DNA of 20,000 nucleotides from an uncultured virus (IMG/VR IMGVR_UViG_3300001919_000065) (lineage: Duplodnaviria > Heunggongvirae > Uroviricota > Caudoviricetes): IMG/VR virus record IMGVR_UViG_3300001919_000065; one strand, 5' to 3'. Below the pieces are notes generated by a model. The model did no database searches, was not told the origin of the DNA, and was given only the letters and a program-made list of their open reading frames with translations. Numbering within the stretch: the stretch's first letter is position 1; each line of letters begins with the position of its first letter. The translations under genes and the position numbers were made by a program. This document shows, in pieces, positions 9,198-16,045 of the stretch.

Positions 9198-9965
9198 TTA
9201 CTTAGTTACCGCGGAAAGGAGGCCCATCTCTTGGATGGCTTCAACCTGACCTTCCACCGGGTGCGGTTTGAACTTGAGGAACGCTTTGGCGTAGCTGTTC
9301 TTACCGTCACGGGAGACGGCGCGTTGTGCACCAATCTGGACACGGAAGGGCAGGGAGCCGAGCTTGTTCCCCTTCAACATCATGAACTGAATGAAGGGAG
9401 CACCAACGCCCGTATACTGATTACCTTCCGGGGTGTATCGTGCCAGCGTCCACTGGTCGCCCATGAAGTCAATGGTGAAGAGAGCGTCAAGGTCATCCTC
9501 GGTGGTGCTTGCGTCCTTAATACCCTGCGGCTTCTTAACCAGTAGCCACATGGCAAGGGCACGGTTGACCTGTTCCTTGGTGTACCCTTCGGCCTCGTAC
9601 TCTTCCTTCGTATTCCACGTCTTAGCATATACGCCGGGCTGACGTTCGTTGTACGGGATGTATTCGCGGAAGAACTTACGAGCCTTCAATACGATACATT
9701 CAAGAGGATTATTGCGCTCGGCAACGACCAGACCGTTGAGAAGGAACGCACCCAAACTGCCAATCGGTTCTTCCAGTTTAGCCTCATCGCAAGAGGCTTG
9801 CCACAGTTTGAGGTAGGGAATCTGGATATCCGAAGCGTCGGTCTCGCCCTCGAAGGAGTGGTATTCCGTAGCGGTTGCGAGTTGATTGGGTTCCGGGGTT
9901 CCCAGTTCCAATGCGTCTCCCGGGTCTATTCCCAAGGTTTCGTGTTCTGTTTTCTTAGTAGCCAT
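9198..9965 (-). CDS. Probable single-stranded DNA-binding / recombination protein
   Basis: 255 aa; DIQIPYLKLWQAS...G.F pattern seen in phage SSB-like proteins; located in the Pol A/helicase/nuclease module with its own promoter. Confidence 0.5.
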   Translation of the reverse strand: MATKKTEHETLGIDPGDALELGTPEPNQLATATEYHSFEGETDASDIQIPYLKLWQASCDEAKLEEPIGSLGAFLLNGLVVAERNNPLECIVLKARKFFREYIPYNERQPGVYAKTWNTKEEYEAEGYTKEQVNRALAMWLLVKKPQGIKDASTTEDDLDALFTIDFMGDQWTLARYTPEGNQYTGVGAPFIQFMMLKGNKLGSLPFRVQIGAQRAVSRDGKNSYAKAFLKFKPHPVEGQVEAIQEMGLLSAVTK

Positions 9966-10041
9966 AGTATTCGTTTATTCTTGGTTTTGGGTTGAGGGCT
10001 TCTTTGGCGAGTGAACTACCCTCGGTAACTTCTCTGACGTG

Positions 10042-10069
10042 ACTATATCACAAGTTCGTGAAATGTCAA
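10042..10069 (-). promoter_or_regulatory. Sigma70-like promoter with extended -10 for the SSB-like gene
   Basis: TTGACA (10069-10064), 16 nt ending in TGA, TATAGT (10047-10042). Confidence 0.75.
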
Positions 10070-10074
10070 GATGT

Positions 10075-11289
10075 TTATTTGATTTTGAGCAAAGCCATCG
10101 CGCTCGTCACTTCTTTCACTACTCCAAGTTCTTGAAGCTCTTCGAGTAAGGATTCCTTGGCTTCCTTCATCTCGGCACGTGTGGCTCCTTCAACTTTGTT
10201 TTTATCTACCACCATGTCAAGAAGCTCCGACACAGGGAGGCGGGAGATGCTGTCCAGAATTTCCTCTGGGGAAATGTACTGCTCGACGTAGGCACGGAAG
10301 GCATCGTTGTCCACCTTTACGGTATTACCTCGCCGTGCATACTTCCATCCGGGAACATCAACGCCGCAAGCGAAGAGGGTCTTGGCATAGTCCTTATGCA
10401 CCTTGTTGGCCTCCGCGATAATGTTTGCAAAGGAAAGAAGGGAGCCAAGGGTTTCCGGGTTGTCCATCGCCGTACCGACATTGTCAATCATTCCCTCGGC
10501 TAGGTCCTTGTCCTTCAATACTTTAAGTGAGAAGTTACGGGCCATGCTAGTCACCTTCTTACACCGGGCGAGACGGGAACAGTAGGGGCAGACATGCGGA
10601 GAGGATGAGTAGGCATAGGGATTCTCCGCATCACGGCAATGGCGGGCAATGACTGCGGACATGTTTCCCCTTGCGGTAGCTTCATCCATAGAGACGACGG
10701 ACATATCCGTGGTGAACTTCGGCCCCCTACCGTCGCGGTAGAACGCCGCAATCTTCATGCTTTCGGTCTGGCTGGGCTGTACCACCGCAAGGATAATACG
10801 CTTACATTCAGGACGTTCTGCCATTTCCAGCAAACCATAGTAGATGAACTGGGTATTCTCGGCAGGGTCAGAGACAGGGACCATCCCCATTTTGTAGTCG
10901 ATAATCATGGAAGTATCGCCATGCCGGACAAGAACGTCAGCCGTTCCGGTTTGTGCTTCCTCGTCTGGGTTGAAGACGATTCCTTCGAACTTGTGTTCCG
11001 GGAGTACTTCTACCTTGTCCGTTTGTACCTCGGTTGCGAAGATGGACATGAGCCTATCCACCATGTTGGATGCCGCAGTGTAGAGGATGTGTTCATGCTT
11101 GGTAAGAAGGGATTCTGGGTTCTTGGTTTCAAGGGCCGCGTGAACACGGGTCCCAATGGCCGCCGGGGAGAAGTCATCCTCTTCTTCCTCTTTAGTCACG
11201 GGGCGTGGGACATATCCGGGACAGGTAGCGAGCAATGCCATCTTACTCGGACTGTACTTGCTATGAGTGTTGGTTTCGTTATTAGCCAT
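10075..11289 (-). CDS. Cas4-like PD-(D/E)XK exonuclease (DUF2800-like)
   Basis: 404 aa; YSPS...CPG, GTRVHAALE, GTADV...IIDYKMG, QFIYY and CPYCSRLARC (1+3 Cys arrangement of Fe-S-binding Cas4/AddB-type nucleases). Confidence 0.85.
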   Translation of the reverse strand: MANNETNTHSKYSPSKMALLATCPGYVPRPVTKEEEEDDFSPAAIGTRVHAALETKNPESLLTKHEHILYTAASNMVDRLMSIFATEVQTDKVEVLPEHKFEGIVFNPDEEAQTGTADVLVRHGDTSMIIDYKMGMVPVSDPAENTQFIYYGLLEMAERPECKRIILAVVQPSQTESMKIAAFYRDGRGPKFTTDMSVVSMDEATARGNMSAVIARHCRDAENPYAYSSSPHVCPYCSRLARCKKVTSMARNFSLKVLKDKDLAEGMIDNVGTAMDNPETLGSLLSFANIIAEANKVHKDYAKTLFACGVDVPGWKYARRGNTVKVDNDAFRAYVEQYISPEEILDSISRLPVSELLDMVVDKNKVEGATRAEMKEAKESLLEELQELGVVKEVTSAMALLKIK

Positions 11290-12637
11290 TTGATGTTAAT
11301 GCGTTAAAGCAAATTTCTTTTGTGTTGAGTGATTGTATGATTCGTTCCTCCACCGTACCGGAGGCGGTCACAATGTACTGCAAGGTGTGTGACTTTGCAC
11401 CGAGGCGGGCGATACGTCCTTGAGCTTGCAGGAGTGACGAGAGGGAAAAATCGGGCGAGATAAGCGCGGCGCGGGGGTGGCCACCCTCGGTATCGTGGAG
11501 AGACACACCCGTTCCTCCTGCACTAATCTGCACGAGAGCGAGAGGAACTCCATTCCGTTGGAACTTGTCCACCTCTTCCTGTCGGTTCTTCCCAGTCACC
11601 GCTCCACTAATCTCGGAGTAGGGAACTGTTCTCCCCGATTTATTGTTAATGAGTTCCGAGAGTGTGGAGAGACTGTCGAGGAAAGACACGAAGATGGCGA
11701 CGCTATATCCACTATCCAGAAGTTCGACTGCCTTCTCTGCCATCGTGGGGAGCTTAGCCAATTCAGATTGCTGGCGAAGCCGAAGGAGTTCAACGATAGC
11801 AGGAAGTTCGATTCCCTTCTCGTTAGCCCGTTCGATGGACTGGTCCCACGATTTGTCCAGCTTGTCAAGTGCTTTCTGCAACTGTTTAATCTCTCTCATA
11901 CCTTTCATGTCTACGTCCACGGACAGATATTCGATTCTATTCTCCGGGAAGAATGTGTCAAGTCTATCCTTGTCAATCTCTGTCATAACCCCAGCAGTGA
12001 AGAGCTTTTGTTTCAGGCTCTCCATCATGGCGTGGTTACGTGGGTTGAGCTTAAACTCGATACCTCCCCAGAAGCTGTCGGTGCATCCGTGCATGCGTGC
12101 CCAGAGCCAGAACCCGCGTCGAGGGTCTTGAATCCACTTGGCATACGTCGCAGGAACGCTCATATCGAGGGGAGACATAAAAGGAGTAGCAGAGAGCATA
12201 ATCGTCGGAAGTCCTTGATGGGCCGCAGTTAATGCCATGATGTTGCTTTGGCTACCATAGGTTTTGGCCTTATGGCTTTCATCAAGGACCAGCAAGGAAT
12301 CGTCGGGAAGGGTCCAAGCCCCGAAGACTATCCGGGACTTGGGAACCTTTGTTGGGCGTTTGTAGTAGGAGGTACTTCCCCTGCGCACCTTCTCCCATGA
12401 GAGGACATCCACCGCGTCCGCTCCTTGCTGTTCAATCGCTCGCTTCCATTGGGTCACTACGATGGCAGGGCAGACGACGAGAAGTCTCTTGCCCATAGCC
12501 TTCGCGGTTTCGATAGTAACCAATGTCTTCCCCGTACCCGTGCAGGATTTATTTATCACATAGCCGTGCCGGGTAATTGCATCCACCATATCGTGGATGC
12601 AATCTTCTTGGGGAGGGAATGGAGTAAGCGCACTCAT
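11282..12637 (-). CDS. Superfamily 2 (SNF2-like) DNA helicase
   Basis: 451 aa; motif I TGTGKT, II LDESH, III SATP, V GGTGVSL, VI QAQGRIAR; ATGA overlap with the polymerase stop. Confidence 0.9.
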   Translation of the reverse strand: MSALTPFPPQEDCIHDMVDAITRHGYVINKSCTGTGKTLVTIETAKAMGKRLLVVCPAIVVTQWKRAIEQQGADAVDVLSWEKVRRGSTSYYKRPTKVPKSRIVFGAWTLPDDSLLVLDESHKAKTYGSQSNIMALTAAHQGLPTIMLSATPFMSPLDMSVPATYAKWIQDPRRGFWLWARMHGCTDSFWGGIEFKLNPRNHAMMESLKQKLFTAGVMTEIDKDRLDTFFPENRIEYLSVDVDMKGMREIKQLQKALDKLDKSWDQSIERANEKGIELPAIVELLRLRQQSELAKLPTMAEKAVELLDSGYSVAIFVSFLDSLSTLSELINNKSGRTVPYSEISGAVTGKNRQEEVDKFQRNGVPLALVQISAGGTGVSLHDTEGGHPRAALISPDFSLSSLLQAQGRIARLGAKSHTLQYIVTASGTVEERIIQSLNTKEICFNALTSNG

Positions 12638-14553
12638 TTGCGATACTTGTCCATGATTTCAGGTTCGGCAAGGAGCGGAAGGGATGAAGCCCACTGCGGA
12701 GTTTCTTCCATTATCTGTTCGATGCGCTGGGCGTATTCCTCGGCATGGTCAGCCGGAACCATCACTACGGCTTCGTCATGCACGAGAAGGATAGGTTGCG
12801 CACCCTCTAATTCCTTGCACAGGCGGTTGAACGTGCGGACCATGAGGTCACGTGCGATTGACTGGATGTTATTGTTGCTAAGGAGGTTAGTATTGACGAT
12901 GGAGGACTTGTACCCGAAATCGACGCAGGTTGCGAAATAGGGACGACGACCGTCCTTGGGTTGAATGAGTTTCTTGTAACAGTTACGATAATAGAGCTTC
13001 CGGCCAGAGGGAAGGGAGAGCGCGAAGCTATGGGAGGGGGTACGATAGCCGCGAGCCGCTAATGCGTCCAACTCTCTCCACCATGCCACCACTTCGGGAC
13101 TACGACTGCGGTACATGTCCACAATCGCTTGGCACTGGTCCCTGTCCATTCCGGGGTTCGAGCGTTGAATAGCCTTCCATCCAGCACTAAAGCCGCAAGC
13201 AAGTACCCCCGCCTTCACATGCTGACGAAGGTCCGCTTGCCCCGGAGTTTCCTTGCAGTACTGTTTGAAGTCCTTGACATCCGCGGGGATGAGGCCCCAA
13301 CCTTTCGCGTTAGCGGCATAGATGTCCTTCTCACCAGCACGGAGGGTATCAAGAATTTTCTCCTGCCCGCAGAGCCAAGCGGTCAGACGTGCTTCAATCC
13401 CAGCCCAGTCACATACCACGAGCTTATACCCTTCGGGTGCTTGAATGGCGTTGCGCTGGTTAAAGCCCAGAACGTCTTCACGGTTAAGCTGTTGCAGGTT
13501 GAGCTTGTCGCCCCCGGCAGTCCAACGACCCGTGCTTGCGCCACAATAGGTCAGGGTGTAGGGGAGACGTTCTATCCCTTCATGGTCAGTATAGACGCGG
13601 GAAAGCATGCGCTCGGTAATGCTAATCATGCGGTTCACGCTCCTGTACTTCCCGATAAGAGTTACCCACGGAACGAGGTGGCCATACTCTTCCAACCAGT
13701 CAGTAAATAGTTCGCTGGTCTTACTGGTAGTCTCTGGGGCGGGGATGTTCAGCTCTTCGCACGCTTTGCGTAACTGGGGAATGGAGAGTTTCTTTTCAAG
13801 CGGGATAGCTTCCTTGTATTCCTCCTGCGCCTGATGGAGTTTCTCCAGTCCGTCAAGAAGATACTGGCGGGAAGTAGGAACTCCGCGCCATCCCATGATG
13901 CAGGTATTGAGCCAGCATTCCCGTTCATCTTCCGGCCAGAAGTTCTTCATCTTATCCCACAAGGCGAGACAGTAGTAACTATCGCCCGCCACGTATTCCT
14001 TCATGTCGTCGGGGATGGCCTCCATCTTGCGGAAGTCAACGCCTTCGGCCTTGGCTCGGACTTCCTTGCTAATCTCTACACCCCAAAGCTTTGCGACAAT
14101 CTTGTCAAGAGAGCCATAGATGGCGAGATAGTTGGAAGCGGCACGGGAACAGAGCCACTCCTTGAAGGGCGGCTGGAAGCTTGGTGTGCACGGGATGCCC
14201 TTGGCCCCCGGCGCGTGAAGTGCGAAGAGGTAAACGGCATAGTCGAAGCTGGCGTTAAACGCGACGAGGGTTTTGTCCTTCGTAGTTTTCTCCCAGTCAA
14301 AATCCTTCGGATGTCCTACCCAGCAATACTTCCCGTCATAGACGGACATGATGTATGCGTCGAACCGTGGGTCCAGACAGTAGGAATGCGGGTCCATGAA
14401 CTTGAGGGAATATTTCCCTTCATAATACGTTTCAAAGTCAACGGCAAGAGTATCGCCTGTGAGTTTGGTCTGGTCGTCTGTAATCTCCATTTCATACCCC
14501 GGAATGCGAGGCAATGAAAATGATATAGGGGGGTGGTCTATTTCTTCGTGCAT
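12634..14553 (-). CDS. Family A DNA polymerase with 3'-5' exonuclease domain
   Basis: ExoI VDFETY, ExoII FNASFD, ExoIII YVAGD; TGRW; motif A DWAGIEAR, motif B RQHVKAGVLACGFSAG, motif C VHDE. Start placed at 14553 (TAATG overlap with the upstream stop) rather than 14688. Confidence 0.92.
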   Translation of the reverse strand: MHEEIDHPPISFSLPRIPGYEMEITDDQTKLTGDTLAVDFETYYEGKYSLKFMDPHSYCLDPRFDAYIMSVYDGKYCWVGHPKDFDWEKTTKDKTLVAFNASFDYAVYLFALHAPGAKGIPCTPSFQPPFKEWLCSRAASNYLAIYGSLDKIVAKLWGVEISKEVRAKAEGVDFRKMEAIPDDMKEYVAGDSYYCLALWDKMKNFWPEDERECWLNTCIMGWRGVPTSRQYLLDGLEKLHQAQEEYKEAIPLEKKLSIPQLRKACEELNIPAPETTSKTSELFTDWLEEYGHLVPWVTLIGKYRSVNRMISITERMLSRVYTDHEGIERLPYTLTYCGASTGRWTAGGDKLNLQQLNREDVLGFNQRNAIQAPEGYKLVVCDWAGIEARLTAWLCGQEKILDTLRAGEKDIYAANAKGWGLIPADVKDFKQYCKETPGQADLRQHVKAGVLACGFSAGWKAIQRSNPGMDRDQCQAIVDMYRSRSPEVVAWWRELDALAARGYRTPSHSFALSLPSGRKLYYRNCYKKLIQPKDGRRPYFATCVDFGYKSSIVNTNLLSNNNIQSIARDLMVRTFNRLCKELEGAQPILLVHDEAVVMVPADHAEEYAQRIEQIMEETPQWASSLPLLAEPEIMDKYRK

Positions 14554-14936
14554 TAGTGTTTGGGTGTATTTAGTTGTTCCTTCGCTTGCGCGTAGTATTC
14601 TTGTGGGGTGCTCATAGGAATTCCGGCGGTTCTGTCCTTCTTGTACATCTTCACGGCACGGTTCATGCGGTTCACGACTTCCCGGCATTTTTCGTTTGCG
14701 AGGAATATCCCATCCTCAAAGGAGAAACCTTCATCGCGCCCCGTAGCGGCTACTAGGCGCAATGCGAGAATGGCGATGTCGGTTGCCTCCTTTACGCGGT
14801 CCTCCGCGTCAGCTTCCCGGTATTCTTCAATCTCCCACAGAAGATGGCGCAGGAGGTCAGCGGCTGATTCCTCTAATCCCATATAGGAGAAGTGGGAATC
14901 AACAGTTTGGGCGGCGATTGCAATTTCGTTGTACAT
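14553..14936 (-). CDS. MazG-like all-alpha nucleotide pyrophosphohydrolase (DUF550-like)
   Basis: 127 aa; LRHLLWEIEEY...KEATDIAIL...NEK...NR fits the H-x3-E-x2-E...E-x2-D metal-binding pattern of MazG/DUF550 proteins. Confidence 0.65.
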   Translation of the reverse strand: MYNEIAIAAQTVDSHFSYMGLEESAADLLRHLLWEIEEYREADAEDRVKEATDIAILALRLVAATGRDEGFSFEDGIFLANEKCREVVNRMNRAVKMYKKDRTAGIPMSTPQEYYAQAKEQLNTPKH

Positions 14937-14939
14937 AGT

Positions 14940-15200
14940 TTAGCGTGATATAATTATGAAGAAGAGAGTGACCAATGTTGCGGAGAGGCCGAAGATATTG
15001 ATGTTCATGTCCCGGTTACTCCGTTTCAATAGATGCGTGATGGTGATGTAGATGAAGGACCACACCCACAGAACGATGAGGACGAGAATGAGCGAGAAGA
15101 TGAGGGAGGCCAGTAGGGGCATACCATTGACCAGAAAGCCCACGGATAGGGAGAGGTAATAGATGCCCATGTAGGGGGAGAGTTCAACTAATTCTTTCAT
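14940..15200 (-). CDS. Small membrane protein (about 3 hydrophobic segments)
   Basis: 86 aa, strongly hydrophobic, tightly packed between neighbours. Confidence 0.7.
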   Translation of the reverse strand: MKELVELSPYMGIYYLSLSVGFLVNGMPLLASLIFSLILVLIVLWVWSFIYITITHLLKRSNRDMNINIFGLSATLVTLFFIIISR

Positions 15201-15208
15201 GATGTCAT

Positions 15209-15532
15209 CTATATGTTAATACCCATCCAGTGGCAGAAGAGGGCGGGGACAATAAAGAAGGCAGTACCGAAAATGACCAGTCCGTAGAACATGTGCTCCT
15301 TCTTCGGAATGGATATCATGGCCGCGGCAAAGAGAAACTGAATCAGGCTCATGCCGACAACGGTCAAGAAGCACAGCATCCAAGAAGACTGGGGCAGGTG
15401 TGATTTAAGGTACGAGACAAAGAGTAAAGGACAGAAGAAGGCATACGGAAGCATCCGTACCATGTCCATGAAGTTATCCTTGAACCTGCGAGAGTATGTT
15501 GTATCTTCCAATGTCATAAGTCTTTTGGGCAT
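15209..15532 (-). CDS. Small membrane protein (about 3 hydrophobic segments)
   Basis: 107 aa with three hydrophobic stretches; co-oriented and tightly packed. Confidence 0.7.
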   Translation of the reverse strand: MPKRLMTLEDTTYSRRFKDNFMDMVRMLPYAFFCPLLFVSYLKSHLPQSSWMLCFLTVVGMSLIQFLFAAAMISIPKKEHMFYGLVIFGTAFFIVPALFCHWMGINI

Positions 15533-15544
15533 AAGAGGTTAGAT

Positions 15545-15934
15545 TTAGTATTCACCTTCTTCTTCCTGCAAGTCGATAATCCAGTCGAGGCTATCAATGC
15601 ACTTGTTCAGCTGGTCACGCTTCTGGCTAAGTTCATACCGTTCGCGGAGGTTCTGGTTCTGCGCCTTCAAGTTGGCGAGACGTTCATTGGACGGGCGGCC
15701 CAGCTTCTTGCCATTCTTGCTATAGCCGGGGCGAGGGGAATCCGCAACCGTGGTAACGTGCGTATTCTTCATCAAGTTGCCAAGACCATCAAGGAGATTG
15801 ATTAGCTTGACAATGCGGTTGTGATTATTGCGAAGGGACTTCAATTCCGCTTCGGCTTTTTCCACCTGTGAGCGAAGCTCGGATTCAAGAGCTTTCAACT
15901 CGGTAATCATGTTGTCGTCGGTTGTCGTAGTCAT
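15545..15934 (-). CDS. Coiled-coil protein with AT-hook-like KKLGRP motif
   Basis: Start re-placed at 15934 (MTTTTDD...) because the ORF-track start at 16012 lies in the -10 box; two coiled coils flank SPRPGYSKNGKKLGRPS. Confidence 0.7.
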   Translation of the reverse strand: MTTTTDDNMITELKALESELRSQVEKAEAELKSLRNNHNRIVKLINLLDGLGNLMKNTHVTTVADSPRPGYSKNGKKLGRPSNERLANLKAQNQNLRERYELSQKRDQLNKCIDSLDWIIDLQEEEGEY

Positions 15935-16010
15935 GCTTGTTTGCTTAGTTGTATTCGAGGGGATTAGCGGAACGGGATTGGCCCCGCCCCGGAATCCCGG
16001 TGACGAGGCC

Positions 16011-16038
16011 AATGTATCAAAGATTAGATTTTTGTCAA
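16011..16038 (-). promoter_or_regulatory. Sigma70-like promoter with extended -10
   Basis: TTGACA (16038-16033), 16 nt ending in TGA, TACATT (16016-16011), right after the primase stop. Confidence 0.75.
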
Positions 16039-16045
16039 GAAGTTT

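Noticed and set aside
10075..11289. Cas4-like gene as evidence of a CRISPR-Cas system
   Set aside because: No cas1/cas2 and no repeat-spacer array; solo Cas4-like nucleases are common in phage replication modules.
14554..14688. N-terminal extension of the polymerase ORF to 14688
   Set aside because: It overlaps the DUF550-like gene in another frame; the TAATG-coupled ATG at 14553 is more plausible.
15935..16012. ORF-track start at 16012 for the coiled-coil gene
   Set aside because: It is a TTG inside the -10 box; the region reads better as a 5' leader.
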